From Candidatus Kapaibacterium sp. (GTDB lineage: Bacteria; Bacteroidota; Ignavibacteria; Kapaibacteriales; Kapaibacteriaceae), in the NCBI GenBank assembly GCA_025455735.1, contig JALOMA010000001.1:1-36569 (forward strand): a stretch of 36,569 bases of DNA, in the 5' to 3' direction. The notes under the pieces were generated by a model, which was not told where the DNA came from, did not search any database, and was given only the letters and a program-made list of their open reading frames with translations. Both the position numbers and the translations under genes were made by a program. Positions 26,132 through 36,000 of this stretch are shown here, in pieces; the first letter of the stretch is position 1; each line of letters begins with the position of its first letter.

Positions 26132-27970
26132 TCACGCCGCCAGAAATGCCCGCACCATGGCAAGCCGCCATACGAACAGGGCATTGCTGTTGTCGCCTTT
26201 CCGATAGCGTTCTACAACGCTGCGTACGGCCTCTGGCCGTACCAAGCCATCAAGTTCCTTCCATGATCCGTCAAGCAGATAGCGTAGTTCGCCGCGCAGC
26301 CACCGCGTATGGCCAGGTGTGATGAAGCCCGTCTTGTCCTTGCGGTCCAGGATGGCATCGGGTACGATACCCCGCATGGCTGCACGAAGAACACGTTTGG
26401 TTTCCCCGCGGTGGAAGCGGTGGGCCGATGGCATGCGGAAACATGCCTCCACAAGGCGGTGATCCAAGAACGGTACCCGTGATTCGATCCCAAATGCCAT
26501 GGCATTCAAGTCTTCCGTGTGCAGGAGCGTGGGCAGGAGCGTCGTGTGAATGAGGTTGGCAAGGAAGGCATTGAACCGGCTTCCCCGCGGCATGGCAAGA
26601 TTGATGGCAACATCGTCGGAGGGCATGGCCAACACCCACGGAGCCGTTCGCGATAGTTCCAGGCGATAGAGGCTGGGTTCATCGCGCAAGGACGTTAGCA
26701 GAGACTTGCCGGCAGATGCAAGGCGCTGGCCTGCCGTCAACCCTTGGCGCAGGGCATGGGCGTTGAGCTCGGCGAGAGCTCCGGAGACATTCCCACGACG
26801 CACGAAGTCGGCGACGATACGATACAGGCTGTGGAGATAGCCGCCAAGCATTTCGTCGGACCCCTGGCCGTCCAGCACGACCTTCACGCCGCCTTCGGCG
26901 GCGAGCTTCATCACGAAGTACTGGCTGATATAGCTGGAGGATGGCAGGGGAGCATCCATGAGCCAGATGATCCGCTGCAGGGACTCCGCCACGTCGGCAT
27001 CTGAAGGGCTACACCATGAGGGCTGAATAGCAGGATAGCGTTCTAGAAGATGATTGATGTAGGGACGTTCGTCGACATCGGTACGCTGGTTGCCCGTATA
27101 GTAGGCCGTAAAGGTGCGGACTTCCATCTCGGCGCCCGTGGAGGCCAAGGCGCCGGCGATACTCGTGCTGTCCAGGCCGCCACTCAGGCAAATACCCATA
27201 GGAACGTCCCGCCGGGACGATATCCTGATGCTGTCCAGGAAGAGCTCCCTGAACGTGGCTACGCTTTCGTCGAAGCTGCCGTGTGATTCGGCATCGGTTG
27301 GCAATGTGGCATACTGCCATGTTCGCAGGCGGCCATCGTGCCACTCCATGTTGTGGGCGGCTGGAAGAATGGTTACGTCGTTGAAATACGTCTCGGTGCC
27401 TTGCTGCATCCAGCCAAGGTAGAGTCCGCGAGCCACTTGCTGCTCATTGAGTCCGCCACGAAACAACGGCGAACATTTGATGGCCTTGATTTCGCTGGCA
27501 ATTGCCAAACGCTCATCGCGGAAGGCATAAAAGAACGGCTTAATGCCAAAACGGTCGCGGGAACAGAAGAGCGTCTGGGAGCGCTCATCCCACAGGGCGA
27601 AGGCCCACATACCGATGAAATGTTCCACGCAGGAGCTACCCCAGCGACGATATGCAGCAAGGATCACTTCCGTGTCGCCGGTGGTGGTGAACCGAAATCC
27701 ATCGCGCTCCAGCTCGGTACGCAGCTCCACGTAGTTGTAGATTTCGCCGTTGAAGGTAAGGATGGCATCGTCCACCACCATGGGCTGATGCGATGCTGCC
27801 GAGAGATCGAGGATGCTAAGCCTGTTGTGGCCCAACAGAACCGGGCCCTGCTGCCAGGTGCCGCGATTGTCTGGTCCGCGGTGACTCATCACCGCCAGCA
27901 TGGCGGCTCCCGTTTCGGTCAGATCTGCGTATGATGCACGCCGGTCAACAAGGGCAACAATTCCACACAT
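26132..27970 (-). CDS. Asparagine synthase family, glutamine-hydrolysing amidotransferase (polysaccharide-locus type)
   Basis: The start is at MCGIVAL, since an Ntn Cys2 nucleophile is required. The synthetase domain has SGGLDS (PP-loop). The 124-codon upstream extension in the ORF track lacks similarity and would bury the catalytic Cys. Confidence 0.88.
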   Translation of the reverse strand: MCGIVALVDRRASYADLTETGAAMLAVMSHRGPDNRGTWQQGPVLLGHNRLSILDLSAASHQPMVVDDAILTFNGEIYNYVELRTELERDGFRFTTTGDTEVILAAYRRWGSSCVEHFIGMWAFALWDERSQTLFCSRDRFGIKPFFYAFRDERLAIASEIKAIKCSPLFRGGLNEQQVARGLYLGWMQQGTETYFNDVTILPAAHNMEWHDGRLRTWQYATLPTDAESHGSFDESVATFRELFLDSIRISSRRDVPMGICLSGGLDSTSIAGALASTGAEMEVRTFTAYYTGNQRTDVDERPYINHLLERYPAIQPSWCSPSDADVAESLQRIIWLMDAPLPSSSYISQYFVMKLAAEGGVKVVLDGQGSDEMLGGYLHSLYRIVADFVRRGNVSGALAELNAHALRQGLTAGQRLASAGKSLLTSLRDEPSLYRLELSRTAPWVLAMPSDDVAINLAMPRGSRFNAFLANLIHTTLLPTLLHTEDLNAMAFGIESRVPFLDHRLVEACFRMPSAHRFHRGETKRVLRAAMRGIVPDAILDRKDKTGFITPGHTRWLRGELRYLLDGSWKELDGLVRPEAVRSVVERYRKGDNSNALFVWRLAMVRAFLAA

Positions 27971-28027
27971 GCTATTCCATTGAGACAAACGAAGACGCGA
28001 AGATACGGCGTGCGTAACTTGGCACTC

Positions 28028-29761
28028 ATGGACGCGATGACTCGACTGCGATTGTTGACTGGTTCCGTACGGCCCTTTCTCTGGGGCAAGCTGTATGATG
28101 CCATAGCGGTGCGCCTTGCTTCGGCAGCGGCAAAGCGCAGTATTCCCGTGGAGCGCGACGCACAGCGTATCCTGAAGGCCGACGTCTTCCCGCTGCCGTC
28201 CGAAAGGTGGTGCCAGGCCCATGGCCCCCGCGTGATTGCATTTGCCGAACGCTCGGCAGCCGGAATTGTTGATGCCTATGGTATCACCGAATGGCTCCCA
28301 ACGCAGACTGATCCCCCAGCGCCGGACATCCGCTGTGTTCACGAACTATCGCGCCTACACCCCGTTTGCGCCATGGCTCTGGCCGCTCATCTGGACCCCC
28401 AACGTCGTGACTACTGGTTGGAGACCGCCGAACGCACCATCGTGGACTTCCTTGGGCGATGGCCTGCCAATCATGGCGTGCATTGGCTGTTCCCTATGGG
28501 GATATCCCTGCGGATCGTCTCCATTGTTGTCGCCGTTTCATGGATGCGTGCCGCTGGCTGGAATCATGGTGGGGCCGCAGAACGTATTGCTGCCGGTATC
28601 GTGGAGCACGCCATTCTGGTAGCGGCGCGGCGCGAACACTCCGGAGGGATGACAACCAGCCACTACTTGGCAAACATGCTCGGACTATTCGTGGCAGGCT
28701 GCGCCCTGGCGGGCGACGAACGCGCCCAACGGTGGCGCACGGAAGCCTGGGAAGCCCTGTCGGCCGAACGTGTACGCCAAATCCTGGCCGATGGTTGTAC
28801 GAATGAAGCCAGCAGCGGCTATCATCGTCAGGTGACGGACATCCTGCTGGTGGCTGCCCACATATACGTGGCACATACGGGGAAGCCCCTTCCACCAGCT
28901 TGGGTGGTAACCCTGCAACGGATGACGACCCTGCTGATGACCTTCGACGATCTGGGATATCCTCTTCTTGGCGACAACGATGATGGCCAGGCTATCAAGC
29001 TGCTTGGATTTGCTCCCGACTGTTCCTTTATGGCAGACATGGCTTCGCGCCTTGGCCTTCACATCGATCCCCAACGCTCCGCCATGGCGGCATGGCCCCT
29101 TGCCGGCATTGGCATATTGCGCTCGGACCGAATGACGGTGCTGGCACGGGCCGGTGGCATCGGTCAGTATGGGAAAGGCGGACATGCCCACAATGACCAG
29201 CTGCAGGCACTTCTTTGGGTGGATGGTAGGCCCATTGTGGTGGACCCCGGCAGCTCCACCTACACAGGAAATCCCAGCCAACGCAACCTCGAACGCAGTG
29301 TTCATAACCATGCCACCTGTACCGTCGACGATGCCGAGCAAAACCTCTGGCCCGATGACCTCTCGGAAGGACTTTTCTGGATGATGGGTGACCGATTCCG
29401 AGCTGGCGTTCACGAATTCCGTCCAGGCTTTTGGAGGGCCGTCTCTGCGTTCACGGGGCAGGAGCGTACGATTTCGTTCGCTGGCCAAACATGCACCATC
29501 ACCGACATGGCACCGCTTGGAAGGCAGCTACGGATAACGCTACCATTACATCCAGATGTTCATGCCGAACGAGCAGGTGATGGCGTGGTTCTTCACGCTG
29601 GTACGGTGCGTATTGCAGTAGCCTTCCCCCCTTCGGGATTGGTTGACATCGTGGCCTGTGCATGTTCCCCTGCATTCGCCACACTACAACCTACCACGAA
29701 AGTCGTCTGGACTGGGCCAGGCCCAAGGGCCGAATGGACAATTGCCGTTGCCAAGGACTAG
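28028..29761 (+). CDS. Heparinase II/III-like family protein
   Basis: The characteristic C-terminal block is GGHAHNDQLQALLWVDGRPIVVDPGSSTY, and the N-terminal half is alpha/alpha-toroid-like. The start is uncertain (TTG 27980, ATG 28028 or 28037). It is divergent from the amidotransferase. Confidence 0.7.
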   Translation: MDAMTRLRLLTGSVRPFLWGKLYDAIAVRLASAAAKRSIPVERDAQRILKADVFPLPSERWCQAHGPRVIAFAERSAAGIVDAYGITEWLPTQTDPPAPDIRCVHELSRLHPVCAMALAAHLDPQRRDYWLETAERTIVDFLGRWPANHGVHWLFPMGISLRIVSIVVAVSWMRAAGWNHGGAAERIAAGIVEHAILVAARREHSGGMTTSHYLANMLGLFVAGCALAGDERAQRWRTEAWEALSAERVRQILADGCTNEASSGYHRQVTDILLVAAHIYVAHTGKPLPPAWVVTLQRMTTLLMTFDDLGYPLLGDNDDGQAIKLLGFAPDCSFMADMASRLGLHIDPQRSAMAAWPLAGIGILRSDRMTVLARAGGIGQYGKGGHAHNDQLQALLWVDGRPIVVDPGSSTYTGNPSQRNLERSVHNHATCTVDDAEQNLWPDDLSEGLFWMMGDRFRAGVHEFRPGFWRAVSAFTGQERTISFAGQTCTITDMAPLGRQLRITLPLHPDVHAERAGDGVVLHAGTVRIAVAFPPSGLVDIVACACSPAFATLQPTTKVVWTGPGPRAEWTIAVAKD

Positions 29762-29782
29762 TGCTTCGTAGCTTTGCCACCG

Positions 29783-31087
29783 ATGAAGCTTACTGCACAC
29801 CTTGGTACCATCTCGTGGTCGTTGGCCGATAAACTGCTCTACGTAGCGTATGGCATCGTCCAACTTCAACAAATCAATGCTTTGGGGCCTGTCGAATACG
29901 GCTTGTTCTCCTTGCTTCTTGGTTTGAATACGTGGATCATGATCGTCACGGATGGTTCCGCTTTGCAGGGCATTATCCAGTTTGGCGTTCGCCAACAGGA
30001 GCGACCACGTGTACACGTCATTGCGGCTGCCTTGCATTGTGGTATTGTTGGCGTTGCCGTGGCACTCATTTTTGCGTTGCAGGGGCCGTTGTCCGATATC
30101 CTCTATCAACCACGGTTTGCCTCTGTAGCCTCGATGTTGCCGGTATTTGCGTTGCTGTCGATACCCCGTCAGTTTTGCCTGAAACTTCTCTACCGCGACA
30201 TGCGCATGAAGGAACTCTTCATCGCCGATGCTGTCTGGTTTGGTAGCAGAACCATCCTTACCTTCTGGCTGTTCGGGAAAGGGGCCTCGTTTACCTTCGA
30301 GGACATCATTCTGATTGATTTTACAGGCATGGGCATGAGCTCCGCCGTGTCCGTATGGCTTACCCGGCGGCAACTCACGTTTGGCCGCGTACCAGGAATT
30401 GCGCTCAAGGAATACCTTCGTTTTGGCGTCCCGTTGGCAGTAGCCACGGGGTTGAACAGTATTCCCCGCCAGCTCGACGTCCTGATCATCCAGTCCTTCT
30501 TTGGGACGGCGACCGTTGGCGTATACAATTCTGCCAAGACGTTTTATCGGTTATACGAACAGGCCTTTGATGCCGCCGTTACGCTCATGAATTCGGCAGC
30601 GGTTAGGATGGTGGCCCAACGGCGCATCGACGATCTGCGAATATTGGCCACGAAGGGCATCTCGTTCACCTTGGTACCTACGATCCTGAGCGTCGTCCTC
30701 ATTCAGCTTGGAGCTGGTTCGGCAATCGTATGGATCCTACCCAAATTTGGCGAAGCAGTAGGGCACTTTACGGTACTTAGTCTTGCGGCCTTGGCCCAGC
30801 CGTTGATGCTCATGTCCACCATTATGATGGCGATGGGGAGGAATACTGATATCGTCCGGTTTTCAGCCATCGCCATGGTTAGCTCCCTTGTTACGCTCAT
30901 CGCCATTGGCTATGCTGGTTGGGAAGACTGGATCGGCCTTGGCATGGTGGCAAACAATGTCATCATCGGCTTCCTGTGCGTTGCCTTCGTACGTCGCGAG
31001 ATACAGTTCCCTTGGAAGCTGCTCCTGCGGGCCTTTGCGGATATCAGCAGCGCCATCCAACGACTCAAGACAAAGGTGTTTCCATGA
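29783..31087 (+). CDS. wzx: Wzx-type oligosaccharide/polysaccharide flippase (MOP superfamily)
   Basis: It has about 12 predicted TM helices, is around 430 aa long, and has a polysaccharide-biosynthesis-protein-like N-terminus (SWSLADKLLYVAYGIVQL...). The start is ATG 29783 or TTG 29774. Confidence 0.7.
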   Translation: MKLTAHLGTISWSLADKLLYVAYGIVQLQQINALGPVEYGLFSLLLGLNTWIMIVTDGSALQGIIQFGVRQQERPRVHVIAAALHCGIVGVAVALIFALQGPLSDILYQPRFASVASMLPVFALLSIPRQFCLKLLYRDMRMKELFIADAVWFGSRTILTFWLFGKGASFTFEDIILIDFTGMGMSSAVSVWLTRRQLTFGRVPGIALKEYLRFGVPLAVATGLNSIPRQLDVLIIQSFFGTATVGVYNSAKTFYRLYEQAFDAAVTLMNSAAVRMVAQRRIDDLRILATKGISFTLVPTILSVVLIQLGAGSAIVWILPKFGEAVGHFTVLSLAALAQPLMLMSTIMMAMGRNTDIVRFSAIAMVSSLVTLIAIGYAGWEDWIGLGMVANNVIIGFLCVAFVRREIQFPWKLLLRAFADISSAIQRLKTKVFP

Positions 31088-31965
31088 CGGTATGGTTCCA
31101 TACGACGGTCGCCTGGGGCCTTGCCCGCCGGCGTAGCCGCGCCACCATTCGTATTGTGGTGGCATCCTTGCTGGCATCACTGTGGTGCCTGCTGGGTGCC
31201 GTATGGGGAACGGCAATGTGGCGGGATACCGAGACCATGGCCAGCCAGGTTGCAGTGGAAGTTCACGTGCGCCCTGGCACTGCGGACTCGGCCCAGCGTG
31301 CACTCTACCGGTCCATTGCCAAGCGGCCCGAAGTGGAGGCCATACGTTGGAAGACGGCTGAATCCGTCTGGCGCCAGTTTGCGGCGGAAATGGGCATAGA
31401 AGGGGCCGAGCTTCGCGACCTCGTGGACGTACCGACGGTCTTCCAGGTACGCCTGGCCCCTGCCGCCCTCCACGATGCTGCGGGCTTTGCGCATGCCATC
31501 AAGGCCTACTACCAGGATGTGCAGGACGTGCCCTACGCCGCCGAAGCGGCCTCTGCGGTGGCAGCCCGCCGGCGCGATCTGCAGATTGCCGGACCGATTG
31601 CTGGCGGACTGAGCATTCTGCTGTTTCTCGTCGTCGTCTCCTATGCACTCCGATCAGAAGTCAACGAGGCACGTCGGGACATGCATTTGGGGGGGCTCAT
31701 CGGCGCCAGGCCGCGATTTGTGGCCATGCCCCATGCCATCGTCAGCTGGTGTGCCGGAGCGTTGGGTTTGTTTCTTGCTTGGGGTATCATTGTTGCCCTC
31801 TATCCAGTGGCCGTAGCTACCGTACGATGGCCCGGGGCTGTGTCGGTCATGGAGATAACCATTGCAGCAAGTTTCCTGGGCATCGTAGGCCTGATTGCCT
31901 GCTGGTGGCAGGCGCTTCGTGCTGCGAGCCAAGCCATGCGAAGGAGCAGCCATGAGGCTGCTTGA
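31084..31965 (+). CDS. ftsX: FtsX-like permease (cell division FtsX family)
   Basis: The start, MTVWFHT..., overlaps the wzx stop (ATGA). It has TM1, then the typical FtsX periplasmic domain (VEVHVRPGTADSAQRALYRSIAKRPEVEAIRWKTAESVWRQFAAEMG...VFQVRL), then 3 C-terminal TM helices. No ftsE is adjacent. Confidence 0.7.
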   Translation: MTVWFHTTVAWGLARRRSRATIRIVVASLLASLWCLLGAVWGTAMWRDTETMASQVAVEVHVRPGTADSAQRALYRSIAKRPEVEAIRWKTAESVWRQFAAEMGIEGAELRDLVDVPTVFQVRLAPAALHDAAGFAHAIKAYYQDVQDVPYAAEAASAVAARRRDLQIAGPIAGGLSILLFLVVVSYALRSEVNEARRDMHLGGLIGARPRFVAMPHAIVSWCAGALGLFLAWGIIVALYPVAVATVRWPGAVSVMEITIAASFLGIVGLIACWWQALRAASQAMRRSSHEAA

Positions 31966-33034
31966 CCGCTACGTCGTTCGGCAGTTTGTTGTCACGTTTT
32001 TGTTCTCGGTAGGTGCGCTGAGTGTCATCTTCGTGATCGTAGATCTCCTCCAGAGCTTGGACGACTTCATCGATCACAAGGCTCCGTTTCCAATCGTGGT
32101 GCAGTTCTATCTGTACTTCCTACCCAATATCCTCAAACTGTTGATTCCCGTTGGAATGCTGTTGGCGTCTCTCTTCAGTGTTGGCCGCCTTGCCAGTGCG
32201 AATGAGATCACTGCCATGAGAGCTGGCGGCATGCCGCTCTATCGATTCATGCTGCCCCTGTTGGCCGTTGGTGCCGTCCTGAGCGCTGTTCAGATCTGGT
32301 TCAATGGATCGGTGGTTCCCGCAGCCAATGCGGAGAAGTTTCGCATCGAACGCCAGTACATGGGCCGTTCCAATGCGGGTGGTTCACTGTACAATCTGGC
32401 CTTTCGGGAAAGTCCGACACGGAACGTCCTTATCGGTAATTACGATCCGGACCGTAAGACGGCAAACACGGTGGCTATCGAAACATACTCCAGTGATAGT
32501 ACTCCGCGTATCATTGAACGCATTGATGCGGCCGTCATGACCTACGACACCGTGCAACATCAGTGGTTCATTGCATCGGGAACCAAACGGAGATTCACCC
32601 CGGACTCCGTCATCGCCACGACCATCCAAAAATCACCAGCCCAATTTTCTATCAGGCATGAACAGATCGTCAGCATTCAACGGAATGTTGAGGAACTGAC
32701 ATGGACCGAGATGGAAGACTATCTTCTGACACTCAAAAAAGGTGGTAAGGACACCCGGCGGAAGGAAATTGACCTTGCCGGCGAGCGCGCCTTTCCTTGG
32801 GCCAACGTCATTGTCGTGATGCTTGCAGTGCCATTTGCATCCGTGCGCCGTCGTGGTGGAGTAGCCGTCCATATCGCCATGGCAATGATCAGCGCATTCG
32901 TCTACATTGCCTTCACACGCGTAAGTCTGGCCTTCGGGGCAAACACAAGTTTGCCGATCGAAGCCGTCGCTTGGTCGGCCAACGGGTTGTTTTTTCTCAT
33001 CGCTCTGGTTATCCTTGTCCGTACGCGCACATAA
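31952..33034 (+). CDS. LptF/LptG (YjgP/YjgQ) family LPS export permease
   Basis: MRLLDRYVVRQFVVTFLFSVGALSVIFVIVDLL is a typical family N-terminus. It has a periplasmic beta-jellyroll middle region and C-terminal TM helices. AAGGAG lies 6 nt upstream, and the start overlaps the ftsX-like gene by 14 nt. Confidence 0.85.
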   Translation: MRLLDRYVVRQFVVTFLFSVGALSVIFVIVDLLQSLDDFIDHKAPFPIVVQFYLYFLPNILKLLIPVGMLLASLFSVGRLASANEITAMRAGGMPLYRFMLPLLAVGAVLSAVQIWFNGSVVPAANAEKFRIERQYMGRSNAGGSLYNLAFRESPTRNVLIGNYDPDRKTANTVAIETYSSDSTPRIIERIDAAVMTYDTVQHQWFIASGTKRRFTPDSVIATTIQKSPAQFSIRHEQIVSIQRNVEELTWTEMEDYLLTLKKGGKDTRRKEIDLAGERAFPWANVIVVMLAVPFASVRRRGGVAVHIAMAMISAFVYIAFTRVSLAFGANTSLPIEAVAWSANGLFFLIALVILVRTRT

Positions 33035-33069
33035 GACCAGTTCCTGACCTGTCCGTGAGACGCTGATTC

Positions 33070-36000
33070 GTGATCCCCAGCCGCACATCTCTGCCGCCTG
33101 CCTGGCGCTACCGTTGGTACGTCCTGGCAGCTGTTGCGCTTGCAAGAATGTGCAACTTCGCTCCCATTCTGGCGCAAAGCTTCGAGCGTATTTCCCCCGA
33201 TCAATCCAACGTGCGCTTCGCCAATCATATTGCCGAATCGGATACGTTCAACATCATCAAGGACTTCTACGCCTACAATGGAGGCGGTGTGGCCGTGGGC
33301 GATATCGATGGCGATAGGTTGCCGGATATCATATTCACCTCTACAGGAAACGGTATCCACGTCTACAGGAACCGTGGAGGATTCCGTTTCGAAGATGTCT
33401 CCAAACGTTCCAACATGGTAGACACGGGCATTACCTGTGGCATCCTGCTCGCAGACATCACGGGTGACGGATTCCTGGACGCCTACGTCTGCCGCCGATA
33501 TGCTCCGAATTCTCTCTACGTCAATGATGGCACTGGTGTGTTTCGCGATATGGCTGCCGTCTATGGACTGGACGTCAACATTAATTCCAATAATGCCGTT
33601 GCCCTGGATTATGACCGCGATGGCGATCTGGATCTGTACATTGTTACCAACGGAGAGCCACGCCGCCAAGGGCATATCAATCCTGGTATTTCCGATCGAC
33701 TTTTCCGTAACGACGAAACCACGTTTACGGACGTGACGTCTGGTGCCGGTCTGGGTGACAAAGGATATGGCCTGAGCGCGACCGTTAGCGACGTCGATAA
33801 CGACGGCTGGCCCGACATTTATGTTGCCAATGATTTTGAAGAACGGGATATCCTGTATATCAATCAGCGGGATGGTACGTTCAAGAATGAAATCCTCAAA
33901 CGCCTGCAGTCCATGTCCCAATTCTCCATGGGATCCGACATCGCCGATATTAATAATGATGGATATACCGACATCGGCGTTGTTGACATGTTGCCCGAGA
34001 CGCACTATCGCCGTATGACGCAGGTTGGTGGCTTGTCAATTTATGGCCCCTTCTTCGACAGCACCCAGCGCATTCACAATACCTTGCAGCTCAATCGTGG
34101 AAATGGCCGGTTTTCCGATATCTGTTTTTTGGCCGGAATTGCTGCTACGGATTGGAGTTGGAGTATTCTCTTCTCCGACTTTGACCATGATGGACTTCAG
34201 GATATCTTCATCGGTAATGGGACCAAACGAGACCTTGGCGACCAGGATTTCATTTATTCCGTACGATTTTCGGACACCGCCCGTACCGATGGATATCGTA
34301 CGATTCCGCGCTCCTGGACGCCCAATTATCTCTATCGAAACTCCAATGGTTTGCAGTTCAAGAACGTTACGAATGCTTCGGGTGTGGGCGATTCCATCGT
34401 GGCCAATGGTGTGGCCTTGGCAGACCTTGACGCCGACGGAGACCTGGACATCGTTATCAATACCACCGACACCGTGGCCTTCCTGTATCGCAACAATGCC
34501 GTGGAGCAGTCCTTGGGGTCATGGGTCACCTTCTCCTGCAAGGGGCGTGGGCGCAATACCGATGGCATAGGAGCGCGGCTTACGGTCTGGGCGGCAGGCA
34601 CAGCGTATGTTCGCGAGCTCAACGGAGCACGTGGTTATCTGTCAACGTCCCAGCACATCGTGCATGTGGGCCTTGGGAAGGCAATGGCAATCGACTCTGT
34701 AGTTGTCGTCTGGCCCGACGGAACAACGTCCACCCACCGTTCGCTTACGGCACGGCGTCATCACGTGCTGGTGCAGGAAAATACCATGCCATGGTCGGCT
34801 CCTTTGCCGCCCCAACGTTTTGTCGACGACATGCCGAAGAGTGTCCTGTCATTTCGACATCGTGAAAACAACTACGACGACTTCAAGCGCGAACGACTGT
34901 TACCCTACCGATTCTCGCGTCAAGGTCCTGGAATAGCCAGTGGCGACGTCAATGGCGACGGACGTCTGGACGTTGTGCTGACGGGCCCCAAGTACAGTTC
35001 TACGTCTGTCTGGCTTCAGCAGAACGATGCTACATTCGTGGAATGCAAGCAGTGCATTCCTGCCTATGATGAAAGCGAGGACGTGGACGCCCAGCTTGCC
35101 GATGTTGACGGCGATGGAGATTTGGATCTGATCGTCATCACGGGTGGCAACGAATTTGACGCCGAGGATGTCGAACTGGAAGATCGCCTGTACGTTAACG
35201 ATGGCAAGGGGGGATTTACGGTCGTAGATGGAGCCTTTCCCACGGGCCGTCACTCCGGTAGTAGCATTGCCATGGCCGACATGGACGGTGACGGTGACCT
35301 TGACGCCCTCGTTGGTGGACGAGTTGTTCCTGGCCGTTTCCCCGAGGTACCACGTACCGTGCTCCTGCGCAACGATGGTGGCCGATTTGTGGACGTAACT
35401 CGTGCCAAGGCCCCTTCCCTCGAATATTGTGGTATGACGACAAAGGTGGTGTTTGCCGATATCGACGGCAACAAGTCCGCTGATATCATCGTGGTTGGGG
35501 AGTGGATGACGCCGCGGATATTGCTCAACAGCAAAGGTGTGTTCACGGATGCCACGACGCGGTTTGGACTGGACGGCTACGAGGGGTGGTGGACGGGCCT
35601 CGCTGTTGGAGATGTCGACGGTGATGGTGATGTGGACCTCATCTGCGGAAATCTTGGTCGGAACAGTCGTTTCCCTACGTCCAAGGAGGCACCGATCGAA
35701 TACGTGGCCGCTGACTTCGACGACAATGGATCGATTGACCCGTTACTGTCGCAGGTGGTGAATGGCAAACGTGTCCCCACACGGGACCGGAATGTGCTCC
35801 TGACCCACCTGCCAACATATGCACGCCGCTACGTGACGTATCGTTCGTACGCCCTGGCATCGTTGGACGACCTTATCCCCGAAGGATTCTCCGGCACCAT
35901 GCTGCGCGGCAAGGTAACGACCTACGTTTCGATGATCTTCCGCAACGACGGTGGTAAACGATTCGTTGCCGAGGAGTTGCCCTTGGAAGCACAGATAGCA

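Noticed and set aside
26132-27970. The possibility that the AsnB-like gene is a lasso-peptide cyclase marking a RiPP cluster.
   Set aside because: It retains the glutaminase Cys2 and a full-length AsnB layout. No transglutaminase-like peptidase (B), RRE/PqqD-like gene, ABC exporter or short precursor ORF is nearby. The neighbours (heparinase II/III-like, Wzx) point to a polysaccharide context.
27971-28342. A 124-codon N-terminal extension of the asparagine-synthase ORF. Similar upstream extensions occur on rpsA (12575-12853) and the COG0523 gene (6335-6556).
   Set aside because: Ntn amidotransferases need Cys directly after the initiator Met (MCGIVAL). The rpsA and COG0523 extensions overlap neighbouring genes or promoter regions and lack family similarity. 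Internal ATGs give canonical N-termini.
32902-34005. A 367-aa minus-strand ORF. There are similar long antisense or alternate-frame ORFs at 35743-36393, 28685-29488, 24375-25169, 3299-4123 and 545-1261.
   Set aside because: All are embedded in confidently assigned genes, either on the opposite strand or in another frame. They have skewed, repetitive composition and no motifs, which is typical of shadow ORFs in GC-rich coding DNA.
33280-35650. Recurrent GAYGGYGAYGGWGAY-type repeats that might suggest a repeat array or CRISPR.
   Set aside because: They are in-frame codons for the DxDxDG calcium-binding loops of FG-GAP repeats. They are irregularly spaced and imperfect at the DNA level, so this is not an interspaced repeat array.
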